The position numbers and the translations under genes were made by a program. This document shows positions 35,210-43,656 of a DNA stretch of 64,000 nt, piece after piece. The DNA is from Rhodospirillales bacterium. Its GTDB lineage: Bacteria; Pseudomonadota; Alphaproteobacteria; Rhodospirillales; Casp-alpha2. The first letter of the stretch is position 1, and each line of letters opens with the position of its first letter. Below the pieces are notes generated by a model that saw only the letters and a program-made list of their open reading frames with translations, was not told the DNA's origin and did not search any database. The stretch spans positions 1,540,522-1,604,521 of the forward strand of contig OZ240674.1 of NCBI GenBank assembly GCA_965198795.1, written 5' to 3'.

Positions 35210-36262
35210 TTATTGGGGTTCCAGGTGATCGTTTAAGATCATGGCCCCGTTCTCCAACGCCTTGTTGAGCCGCCTGCCGATCACCGCCGCTTCCCCGCCG
35301 GGCGGAATACCGCCGCCGGGGCGCACCCAGGTGATGTCGGACAAGGCGATTTCGGTTCCGGCTGGCAAATCCCGGGCCGCGCAGATGGAACGGCGAACAG
35401 GTTCGATATTGCCCTTTTCGCAAGGCATGGCGCCGATCTCGCCCGCGCCCAATATCCGGTCCGCCCGGCGCAGGGTCTCGACAAAGCGCTTCATGGCCGG
35501 CGGGTCGGCGGAGACCTGGTGGTCCCGGAAGCCGGAATAGTTGTTGTCGATGGTGAAGTGTTTTTCGACAATGCGCGCTCCCTGGGCGGCGGCGAGCAAG
35601 GCGGCCTCCGGCCCCAGAGTATGGTCCGAATAGCCGATGATCCGATCGGGGAAGGCGGCCGTCAAGGAGGATACGGCGGCCAAGTTGGCCTCTTCCGGCG
35701 GGACCGGATAGCTGACCACGCAATGGAGCAGGGCGAGCTCTCGTGTGACGCCAAGGGACTCCCACGTCGTCTCGACGCGGGAAACGGCGGCGGCGATTTC
35801 CGGTTCCGACGCGATGCCCGTTGAGATAAGCAGGGGGCGTTTCGATCGAGCGGCGGTCTCGATCAACGGATAAAACGTGTTGTCGCCCGACGCGATCTTC
35901 ATGGCGTCGACGACGCCGCCCAGGAAGCGCGCGCTCTCCAGGTCGAACGGAGTGGAGAGAAACTTGAGACCTTTGGCGCGGGCATGTTCCGCCAGGGCGG
36001 CGAAGTCGTCGAAGCTGAGTTGAAAGTCTCTCAGACGATCTTGGCGGTTGGTGTCCAAAACTGTCGAGTAATGCTCCGGCAGGAAGGTCTGGAACTTGAC
36101 CGCATCGACGCCGGTCCCAGCCGCCAGATCAATCATCTCGCGGGCCAGACCCGCGTCGCCCTCGTGGTTGTTGCCGATCTCGGCGATGATGAAGCACCGG
36201 CCGTGATCAGAGGCGAAGGCGTTCGTTTCGGAAGAGCCGCTCATTAGTGTATTCTTCATCAA
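35210..36262 (-). CDS. Nonulosonic acid synthase (NeuB/PseI/LegI family) with C-terminal SAF domain
   Basis: CFIIAEIGNNHEGDAGLAREMIDLAAGTGVDAVKFQTF.. is the hallmark NeuB N-terminus. C-terminal ..ARDLPAGTEIALSDITWVRPGGGIPP is SAF-like. First gene of the minus-strand block. Confidence 0.85.
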   Translation of the reverse strand: MMKNTLMSGSSETNAFASDHGRCFIIAEIGNNHEGDAGLAREMIDLAAGTGVDAVKFQTFLPEHYSTVLDTNRQDRLRDFQLSFDDFAALAEHARAKGLKFLSTPFDLESARFLGGVVDAMKIASGDNTFYPLIETAARSKRPLLISTGIASEPEIAAAVSRVETTWESLGVTRELALLHCVVSYPVPPEEANLAAVSSLTAAFPDRIIGYSDHTLGPEAALLAAAQGARIVEKHFTIDNNYSGFRDHQVSADPPAMKRFVETLRRADRILGAGEIGAMPCEKGNIEPVRRSICAARDLPAGTEIALSDITWVRPGGGIPPGGEAAVIGRRLNKALENGAMILNDHLEPQ

Positions 36263-36349
36263 ATTTTAAGCCCGCCAACCAAACAATAACGCCGCGTATT
36301 CAGCCGCGAACCCGGAAGGGGGAGGCCGCCGAGGTTTGGAGCCAGAGAT

Positions 36350-37114
36350 ATGTCCCAGGCGAAGACTACCTATCAAACCTATACAAGCGATGAATCGGTT
36401 GCGAAAGAGTATGCGCGCCGTCAAGCCCGCTTTAGCGAGACCCCGATGGAGTCGGAAAAAATCCTAATCGAGATTGCCAAAAAGGCGGTTCGGGATTTGG
36501 GCGGAGACGCCTTGAGGCTGTCGTTGATCGATCTGGGTTGTTCGACGGGTAATTTCCTTTATCATTTGAAGAACGCCGTGCCGGGGCTGACTCTGACGGG
36601 GCTGGACCTGATGGAAAGCATCGTCGCCGCCGCGCAGCGCGACCCGCGCTTGGAAGGCGTTAACATCACCCGCCAGGATATGCTGGCCGTGGATGACGAC
36701 CAGCAATACGACATCACGGTTTTCAACAAATCGCTTTGTTTCTTCACCGAAGAGCAACATCAGTTGGCCATGCGCAACGCGGCCAAGATCACCAAGCCCG
36801 GCGGCGTGCTGATTATCTTTGACTGGATGACGCCCTGGTTCCAAGATCTGGAAATCCTGGAAAAGACCAAGTGGCATAAGGACGGCTTGCGTATTTTTTA
36901 TCGCAGTTACGACACCATGACCCGTTCGGCCGGGCAGGCCGGCTTTGGTGATCCCACCTTTCAGCCGTTCGATATTCCGATCGATCTGGCGGCGTCCAGC
37001 GATTTGACGGACCACGCGACCTTTACCGTTCAGTCCCAGTCGGGCGAGCGGCTTCAGTTCCGCGGCTGCCTGTCGCAGCCCTGGTGCTTCATGACGGCGC
37101 GCCTCGGCGAGTGA
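36350..37114 (+). CDS. Class I SAM-dependent methyltransferase
   Basis: Motif I LIDLGCSTGNF, post-I LTGLDL, and ..KPGGVLIIFD... Confidence 0.7.
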   Translation: MSQAKTTYQTYTSDESVAKEYARRQARFSETPMESEKILIEIAKKAVRDLGGDALRLSLIDLGCSTGNFLYHLKNAVPGLTLTGLDLMESIVAAAQRDPRLEGVNITRQDMLAVDDDQQYDITVFNKSLCFFTEEQHQLAMRNAAKITKPGGVLIIFDWMTPWFQDLEILEKTKWHKDGLRIFYRSYDTMTRSAGQAGFGDPTFQPFDIPIDLAASSDLTDHATFTVQSQSGERLQFRGCLSQPWCFMTARLGE

Positions 37115-37121
37115 GGGCCGA

Positions 37122-38498
37122 ATGTCCGGGGATCTTGCATGGCTGGAGGGTCATAGCCGTCTGGTGACAGCCAAACAGGATAGCGCCGATGGCATGTGGG
37201 CGTTGATGGAAACGCTGTTTCCTATTTACCGCTCGCTCTGCGGACCCGGTTTCAAGGCCTCGCTGGACGCCATCTCGGGCGTCGTTCCCTTGACCACGAC
37301 CGAAATTCCGTCCGGCCGGAACGTGCACGGCTGGACCGTGCCCAAGGAATTCTCGGTCAAGGAAGCCTGGGTCGAAGCGCCTGGCGGCGCGCGGATCATG
37401 GACTTCGACCGGGACAGTTACGGCCTTTGGCTCTACAGTCAACCGTTCAGCGGAACGGTAACGAGGGATGAGTTGCTGACCCATGTCGGCGTCAACGACG
37501 CCGTGCCGGAAGCGTTGCCGCTGCGTCACACCTATTACCAGGAGAATTGGGGTGTGACGTTACCCAAGGCGACGGCGGAGCAATTGCCGGACGGTGATTA
37601 CAAGGTGCACATCGACACAAAGCTTGAGCCCGGCTGTCTTCGGATCGGCGAGGCCTATCTGCCGGGTGAGTCGGAAGACGAGGTGCTGATCTGCAGTTAC
37701 CTTTGCCACCCGAAGGGCGCCAATGACAACTTAAGCGGCGTGGTCGTCGCGACGGAACTGTTCCGGCTTTTGTCGGAACTCCCGTCGCGCCGCTATTCCT
37801 ATCGGCTGGCTCTCTGGCCGGAAACCATTGGGGCCATCAGCTACATCGCGACTTATCCGGAACGCCTGAGGAAAATGGCGGCCGGATTCTCGATCTCCAT
37901 TTGCGGCGACGCCTCGCCCGTCGGCTACGAACAGACGATCCACGGCGATCAAGCCATCGACCGGGCGATGACCCATGCGCTGGAACTCTGTTCGTTCGAG
38001 AGCGAGGTGCGGGCGTTCAGTCAGATGAGCGGATCGGACATCCAGCATTTCAACGCCGTCGGCGTTCGGGCGCCGTTCGGAACCATCACGCGGAGCGGGC
38101 CCGGCTATGACAATCAGAACACCGGCGTCTATCCGCCCGGCTATTCACGGTATCACTCCAGCGCCGACGACTTGAGTTTCGTCAAGCCGGAAAACTTGCT
38201 TGAGACCCTGCAAGCGGCTTTCCTGGGTCTTCAGACCCTTGAGCGCACGGCGCGCTACAAGGGGACGTTCACGGTCAGCCCGTTCCTTACCAAATACGGC
38301 ATTTATCCTCATCACCACGGCGTCGGGAGCGGCGGCATGGGGAATGTGGTCGCGGACGCCTACTATCAGTTGATGCCCTTCGTCGATGGCGACACGGACC
38401 TTTTACAGATTGCCGAACGCGCCCGGATGCCGATCTTCGCATTCGACGAAGCGGTCGAGGCTTTCAGCCGGGTGGGGCTGATTGAGAAGGTCGGCTGA
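37122..38498 (+). CDS. Aminopeptidase-like (M28-related, DUF4910-type) protein with C-terminal winged-helix
   Basis: ..EVLICSYLCHPKGANDNLSGVVVATELF.. and ..YHSSADDLSFV.. resemble the aminopeptidase-like domain proteins found in polysaccharide loci. The tail ..LLQIAERARMPIFAFDEAVEAFSRVGLIEKV is wHTH-like. Confidence 0.5.
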   Translation: MSGDLAWLEGHSRLVTAKQDSADGMWALMETLFPIYRSLCGPGFKASLDAISGVVPLTTTEIPSGRNVHGWTVPKEFSVKEAWVEAPGGARIMDFDRDSYGLWLYSQPFSGTVTRDELLTHVGVNDAVPEALPLRHTYYQENWGVTLPKATAEQLPDGDYKVHIDTKLEPGCLRIGEAYLPGESEDEVLICSYLCHPKGANDNLSGVVVATELFRLLSELPSRRYSYRLALWPETIGAISYIATYPERLRKMAAGFSISICGDASPVGYEQTIHGDQAIDRAMTHALELCSFESEVRAFSQMSGSDIQHFNAVGVRAPFGTITRSGPGYDNQNTGVYPPGYSRYHSSADDLSFVKPENLLETLQAAFLGLQTLERTARYKGTFTVSPFLTKYGIYPHHHGVGSGGMGNVVADAYYQLMPFVDGDTDLLQIAERARMPIFAFDEAVEAFSRVGLIEKVG

Positions 38499-38505
38499 AC
38501 TCTCT

Positions 38506-39756
38506 TTAGCCCATCGTCACGCCGCCGGACACATGGATTGTCTCGCCTGTTATGTGGCCGGCCTGATCGCTCATCAGAAACGCGATGACGCCGGCGATGT
38601 CTTCCGGTTCGGCCAGCCGTCTCAGGGGCGTGTTCATTTTCGCCAGCATCCTCGCCTTGTCGGGCACGGTTGCGATCATGGCCGTATTTGTCATGCCCGG
38701 AGACACCACGTTCACGCGGACGCCCTTCGGTCCCAGTTCGGACGCGAGGGAGCGCGCCAAGCCGCCGACGGCCGCCTTGACCGAGACATAAGCGGACTGT
38801 TGGGGCGGCGGGGCGCTGTCGCCGAAAATCGAACCCAGCAAAACGACAGATCCCCGGCCTTGCTCGAGCATTACCGGCAACAAACGCTGAATACAGTGAT
38901 ACGCCCCGCCGATTTGGGTTTGGAACTGGCGCATGAAATCGTCCCAGCCAGTGTCCTTGAAGGTCTGCGGCGTCGGTTCCGGAGCGGCGCAATGGACCAG
39001 ACCAGTAACGGCGCCGAAGGCTTGAGAAGCCGAAATCATGGCGTCAACGGCGGCCGGGTCCGCAATATCGCCCCCCACGGCCAGCGCTGTCCCGCCGGCG
39101 TTGACGATCTCTGAAACCACCGCGTCCGCGGCCCGGCTGTTTCGGTGATAATTGACCAGCACGGTGGAGCCCCGCGCGGCCAGGGCGAGAGCCGCGGCCG
39201 CCCCTATGCCGCCGCTGGCGCCGGTCACCAGGACGGCCGAACCATTACGCGGCGCCGGAGCGGTTTCGGCGGAGGCGGCCGCTGGTTCGCCGTCCTTGAC
39301 CGGGGCCGGTTCCGCGCCCAGAAGACGAACGGTGGACTCGCCCGAGACAACCTCATGGCCGTGCTGATTGGTGATCGAGACGCCGCAGACGATGGATTGG
39401 GTGGACGGGGAGAGCTGTTTCACCGCGGATGTGACGGTAATCTTGTCGCCGATGAACACAGGGCGCGCGAACATAAGCGTCTGGGACGTCCAAAGCGCGC
39501 CCTTACCCGGCAGTAACATACCAACCAGCGTCGAGATGAAGGACGACGTCAACATGCCGTGCACGACGCGCCTGCCGAAATTGGCCGAGCGGGCGAATTC
39601 GTCATCCATATGGACCGGATTGAAATCACCGGTCAGCGTGGCGAAGGTCTCCACGTCCTCTTCCGTCACCCGGTGCGTGAGGGAGGCCTGATAGCCGACA
39701 TGAAGGTCGGACCATTTGAATTCCGCGGGCGTGCGGCCGGATGGCGAATAGCTCAT
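38506..39756 (-). CDS. Fusion protein: MaoC-like (R)-hydratase/dehydratase hot-dog domain plus SDR ketoreductase
   Basis: N-terminal ..FATLTGDFNPVHMDDEFAR..FGRRVVHGML.. (MaoC). C-terminal VLVTGASGGIGAA.., ..YVSVKAAV.. (YxxxK), ..SPGMTNT... An ATG at 39756 overlaps the KSIII stop (ATGA). An alternative GTG lies at 39765. Confidence 0.7.
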   Translation of the reverse strand: MSYSPSGRTPAEFKWSDLHVGYQASLTHRVTEEDVETFATLTGDFNPVHMDDEFARSANFGRRVVHGMLTSSFISTLVGMLLPGKGALWTSQTLMFARPVFIGDKITVTSAVKQLSPSTQSIVCGVSITNQHGHEVVSGESTVRLLGAEPAPVKDGEPAAASAETAPAPRNGSAVLVTGASGGIGAAAALALAARGSTVLVNYHRNSRAADAVVSEIVNAGGTALAVGGDIADPAAVDAMISASQAFGAVTGLVHCAAPEPTPQTFKDTGWDDFMRQFQTQIGGAYHCIQRLLPVMLEQGRGSVVLLGSIFGDSAPPPQQSAYVSVKAAVGGLARSLASELGPKGVRVNVVSPGMTNTAMIATVPDKARMLAKMNTPLRRLAEPEDIAGVIAFLMSDQAGHITGETIHVSGGVTMG

Positions 39757-40742
39757 CCCTGCCACCTCATGACGCTGGAGCCGAAAATGAAACCAGCGCC
39801 AACGCCGGAGATCATCACGATATCGTCTTTCTTCAGGCGGCCGCGCGTCACCGCGTCGCAGAGCGTGATGGCCTGCGAGGCGTCGGCCGTGTTGCCGTAC
39901 TCTTCCACGTTGGTGAGGGTCCTGTTCATGGGTAGACGCATTTTGCCCATCAGGAACTCGATCAAGCGCAGGTTCGCCTGGTGGAAAACGAAGAAATCCA
40001 CGTCCTCGACGCTGAACCCCGCTTTCTCAAGCGCGCGTTTCATGGATTTCGGCTGATTCTGGACCACCTGCTTCCAAACTTCCAGGCCGTTGATCTCATA
40101 ATACTGAAGATTGTCGCCGATATTATCGGGGCGCAGCGGATGGCTTGACCCCCCGCCCCGCAATCTGACGGCCTCGAACGCCTTCGGATTGGAAAAGACG
40201 TCGTGGGACAAAAGACCATAGCCGTCGGGGACCCGCCCCAGGACGGCCGCGCCGGCGCCGTCGCCAAAGAAAACGCAGGACGACGGATCAGAATAATCGA
40301 TGAACCGGTTCTGCAGCGCCGCGCCGATCACGAGGACATAATCGCAGGCCGGGTCTTGGGCGATCCGGTCGGCCGCCACGCCAAGGCCAACTTGAAAGCC
40401 GGTGCAGTTCGCCATCAGATCAAACGCGCCCGCGTTGCTCGCTCCGATAAGCTCCTGAATTTTGCACGAAACCGCCGGATAGACGTAATCGCCGGTGAAA
40501 GTGCAGGTCATAACCAGGTCCACCTGCTCCGCGCCGACCCCCGCCATGGCGAGGGCGCTGCGGGCGGCGGCGGCGGACATTGCGGACGCCGTTTCGCCGC
40601 CGCCCGCGCGCCGCCGGGTCCGGATGCCGGTTTTAGCCTCAATGTCGGCCGCGGCCATGCCGCAGGACTTTTCCAGACTCTCGTTGGTGATCAGACCGTC
40701 CGGCAAATATTTGCCGACGCCGATGACGCCGACGCCGCTCAC
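39753..40742 (-). CDS. 3-oxoacyl-ACP synthase III (FabH-like KSIII); start GTG at 40742
   Basis: ..VGVIGVGKYLPD..TASAMSAAAARSAL..FDLMANCTGFQ..FVFHQANLRLIE..EEYGNTADAS.. (Cys-His-Asn triad context). GTGA overlap with the MBL stop at 40739..40742. Confidence 0.8.
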   Translation of the reverse strand: MSGVGVIGVGKYLPDGLITNESLEKSCGMAAADIEAKTGIRTRRRAGGGETASAMSAAAARSALAMAGVGAEQVDLVMTCTFTGDYVYPAVSCKIQELIGASNAGAFDLMANCTGFQVGLGVAADRIAQDPACDYVLVIGAALQNRFIDYSDPSSCVFFGDGAGAAVLGRVPDGYGLLSHDVFSNPKAFEAVRLRGGGSSHPLRPDNIGDNLQYYEINGLEVWKQVVQNQPKSMKRALEKAGFSVEDVDFFVFHQANLRLIEFLMGKMRLPMNRTLTNVEEYGNTADASQAITLCDAVTRGRLKKDDIVMISGVGAGFIFGSSVMRWQG

Positions 40743-41437
40743 CGGAGCATCCCTTCCATGGCGTATTCCGGCGGCGCGTCCTTGTGGCCGGCCCACCAGT
40801 CACAGGCTTCCGCGACCGTCCAGGGGCCGCCATGACCCGGAAACATCAAGGTGTCGGGCGGGAGGGTTTCAAGCAGACGGCTAATCGATTGGGCCAGCCC
40901 CTCACCGCTGGAGCCGGGCAGATCGGTCCGACCGACCAGCCGCTTCATCAGGGTGTCTCCCGTAAAACATACTCCATCCCAGTGATAGCAAACGCCGCCA
41001 TCCGTATGGCCCGGCGTGTGAATAAAGCCGATTTGACCCATGCCGCCAGAGAGCTTCGCCTCATCCAGGAACACATGGGTTTCCGGCACTGTGACCACGG
41101 TGCGATCAAAGCTCATGGCGTAGAGCGTCGCGCGCCGCAAAAGGCGGAAATCACCGCGATGCAGGTGGAACGGCAAGCCGTAAGCCCTGCACATGGCGTC
41201 GAGCGCGCCCACGTGATCGAAGTGCGCATGGGTCAAAAGGATGAATTTCGGCTCGCCGCCCAACTCATTGATCAAGCCGGTCAAACGATTCGCGTCTCCG
41301 CCCGGATCAATCAGCACAGCCTCGCGGCTGGGCTTGTGAAAAACAACATAGGCGTTCTCGCGCCATCGACCGTTCTTAACGGCCGTGATCAGCAAATCGC
41401 CCACTTCGAAACCCGGATCCCGTCTCGCCACGTTCAA
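40739..41437 (-). CDS. MBL-fold metallo-hydrolase (glyoxalase-II-like, possible thioesterase)
   Basis: ..AVLIDPGGD..ILLTHAHFDHVGALD..HTPGHTDGG... The track ORF (to 41965) is an alternate-frame read-through of the upstream SDR gene. The real start is TTG 41437 or GTG 41431, overlapping or abutting the SDR stop (tca 41434..41436). Confidence 0.75.
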   Translation of the reverse strand: MNVARRDPGFEVGDLLITAVKNGRWRENAYVVFHKPSREAVLIDPGGDANRLTGLINELGGEPKFILLTHAHFDHVGALDAMCRAYGLPFHLHRGDFRLLRRATLYAMSFDRTVVTVPETHVFLDEAKLSGGMGQIGFIHTPGHTDGGVCYHWDGVCFTGDTLMKRLVGRTDLPGSSGEGLAQSISRLLETLPPDTLMFPGHGGPWTVAEACDWWAGHKDAPPEYAMEGMLR

Positions 41438-42159
41438 TCGACCAGCCCCACGTACAAAACCTGTCCCGTGACGGCGCTGGCCTTCTCGGAAACGAAAAAG
41501 TCCACCGCGTGACAAATTTCCTCCATGCCGATCATGCGGGGAATTGTCTGAAGGGCGAGCGTGCGCTCTTTCCAGTCCCCATCCTTCGCCAGCTCGCGGG
41601 ATGCGTCGGTGTCCATCATCGCCGGCGCGACCGTGTTGCAGGTGATGCCCTGCGGCGCCAGTTCCCTGGCCAGGACCTTGGTCATTTCCGTAACGCCCGC
41701 CTTGGTCGCGGAATAGATCGCCGTTCCCTCCTGATGTAGCGCGGCCATGGCCGAAGAGATGGTAATGATGCGGCCTTGATGGCTTCGCAGCATTAATTTG
41801 CCCATCTCGCGCAGGGTCAGGAACACGCCAGTCAGATTGACATTGATGAAGTCGTTGTAGACTGGCGCGGTGGTCAGGGATAGATAGAGCGCGGACCGGG
41901 CGAGCCCGGCGTTGCAGATCAGAACGTCCACGGCGCGGAAGGTTTTTCCGACGCTCCGCGCCCAAGCCCGCACGGCCGCCTCGGACGCCAAATCAAGCGC
42001 TGTGTGGTGATAGTTCTCGTGATCAATGGTGGCCTCGCCCCGGCTGCAGCCCGCGACCCGATAGCCCGCAGTCAAATAGTGCTCTGCAAGCGCCCGGCCC
42101 AGGCCGCGGCTGGCGCCGGTGATTACGGCGACGGGGAAAGGGGGCGGGGCGTCAACCAT
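41434..42159 (-). CDS. Short-chain dehydrogenase/reductase (FabG-like ketoreductase)
   Basis: VAVITGASRGLGRAL, NAG, and YSATKAGV (YxxxK). Confidence 0.8.
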   Translation of the reverse strand: MVDAPPPFPVAVITGASRGLGRALAEHYLTAGYRVAGCSRGEATIDHENYHHTALDLASEAAVRAWARSVGKTFRAVDVLICNAGLARSALYLSLTTAPVYNDFINVNLTGVFLTLREMGKLMLRSHQGRIITISSAMAALHQEGTAIYSATKAGVTEMTKVLARELAPQGITCNTVAPAMMDTDASRELAKDGDWKERTLALQTIPRMIGMEEICHAVDFFVSEKASAVTGQVLYVGLVD

Positions 42160-42176
42160 GATGGGGGCTCGAATTC

Positions 42177-42479
42177 TTAAGCTTTAAGCGTGGCGATGTG
42201 GTCCGCGAGAATGCCGGCGGTCAACGTCGGGCTGTTGATGTCGAAGCCCTGGATGTCAGTCAGAACAATCGCCAGATCTTCGCCGGTTTCCTGGGATAGC
42301 CGGTCTTCCACGTCCATGATGAAGGTTACGAACCCCAGCGAGTCCAGGCCGCTGTCCGCGCCGCCTCCCATCAGGACGGTGTCGTCGGTGGCGCTGATCT
42401 CAACCTTGATGGTTCCGGACCGTCTCAGGCTGTCCAGGCTGGCTTGGATGAGACCCAGGGCTTTCCGCTTTTCCATCAT
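42177..42479 (-). CDS. Acyl carrier protein (ACP1)
   Basis: About 100 aa and acidic, with the phosphopantetheine attachment motif GLDSLGFV. Confidence 0.7.
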   Translation of the reverse strand: MMEKRKALGLIQASLDSLRRSGTIKVEISATDDTVLMGGGADSGLDSLGFVTFIMDVEDRLSQETGEDLAIVLTDIQGFDINSPTLTAGILADHIATLKA

Positions 42480-42696
42480 TCGTCACGCTCCTCGACGTTT
42501 GGCTTTCCCGGTGATCAACAGATCGGTCCCGGATAGCGCGGCGGGTAATCTTTTATCAACCAAAGTTTGGTTTTCTTTCGCTCGTATTAGAAAGCAAAAC
42601 GGTGAATATTCCGTTATTTTCTTGCAATCCCCGGACCGGGGTTCGGCGGCAGACGCCGTTCCGCCGGCCGTTCCTGACCCGGAAGGAGTTCAAGCC

Positions 42697-43656
42697 TTGG
42701 CGATGATCTCGAATCCGTCCGCCGTTGTCCCCGGAAACCGGCGGGACTGTCCAGAACTCAGCCGTATCGTCGAGTTGATCGCGGGCGGGAACCCTTTGCA
42801 GAAAAAGCGCATCGAAGGATTTCTGGAAACCCGGGATCTGGAGTACTGGAGTTTCGCCGAGGGTCTAAGCCGCATTCTCAATCACGGCTTTCTGACCGAC
42901 GAGGCGGCGAGGGACGAGGCGGCGAGGGCCTATAACAAGATGTGCATGGACTTCCTGTCCGAGCAGATACGTTTCAAAAAGACCGGCAAATACAGAATTG
43001 ACGACGCCGCGAAAGCCGTCGCCGAGGTTTATGACGACCTGGAAGTCATGCGCTATTACATGGTCGGCCTGTTGGTGTCCTATATGTTCTGGCCGAATCA
43101 TTATGCGCTGTTCCGGTTCTTCGACAAGCACTTGCCCAAGACGCCGCCTGGGAACTATCTTGAGGTCGGCGTCGGCCATGGTCTGTTCACCTCCACGATG
43201 CTCAGCCGGTTCCCCGGCGTTACCGGCGCCGCCATCGATATCAGCGAGACTTCGATCAAGACAGCGCGCGAGACCCTGACGGCTTTCCAGGTCGATCAGT
43301 CCCGGCTGAGATTTATCCATGGCGATTATTTGACGACCGAGCCCGACGGCGGTCCCTTCGATTTCATCATCATGGGCGAGGTTCTGGAGCACGTGAACGA
43401 CGCGCCCGCGTTCATGCGCCGCACCAGGAACCTGCTGGCGCCCGGCGGCGCGGTCTACATGACGACGTGCGCCAATTGCCCGGCGCTCGACCACGTTTAT
43501 CATTTTCACTCTGCGGGCGAGATCAGGGACCTCATGGTTGAAAGCGGATTTCGCATCGTGGACGACCTGGCGCTGGCCGCCGAGGATATTCCCGAGGACA
43601 AGTGGGAGGAGGAATTGGTGACCGTGAATTATTGCGCCCTGCTGGAGCACGCTTGA
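42697..43656 (+). CDS. Class I SAM-dependent methyltransferase (start TTG 42697 or ATG 42703)
   Basis: YLEVGVGHGLF motif I, ..GAAIDIS.., ..LAPGGAVYMTT... ggaaggag at 42681..42688. The long N-terminal extension in the track ORF (from 42190) is antisense to ACP1. Confidence 0.7.
   Translation: MAMISNPSAVVPGNRRDCPELSRIVELIAGGNPLQKKRIEGFLETRDLEYWSFAEGLSRILNHGFLTDEAARDEAARAYNKMCMDFLSEQIRFKKTGKYRIDDAAKAVAEVYDDLEVMRYYMVGLLVSYMFWPNHYALFRFFDKHLPKTPPGNYLEVGVGHGLFTSTMLSRFPGVTGAAIDISETSIKTARETLTAFQVDQSRLRFIHGDYLTTEPDGGPFDFIIMGEVLEHVNDAPAFMRRTRNLLAPGGAVYMTTCANCPALDHVYHFHSAGEIRDLMVESGFRIVDDLALAAEDIPEDKWEEELVTVNYCALLEHA

Noticed and set aside
40739-41965. A 408-aa track ORF suggesting a large fusion protein
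   Set aside because: Its N-terminal two-fifths is an off-frame reading of the SDR gene (41434..42159), Arg/Gly-rich and without motifs. Only the C-terminal roughly 230 aa is MBL-fold. A TTG/GTG start sits at the SDR stop.
42568-42581. A sigma54-like TGGTTTTCTTTCGC in the ACP1/methyltransferase divergent spacer
   Set aside because: The GG to GC spacing is 9 nt rather than the required 10, and the -12 region lacks TTGC.
42190-42696. N-terminal 169-aa extension of the methyltransferase ORF, overlapping ACP1 on the other strand
   Set aside because: The extension is antisense to a well-formed ACP (GLDSLG). An SD (ggaaggag) and TTG/ATG starts occur at 42697/42703, giving a normal-sized methyltransferase.
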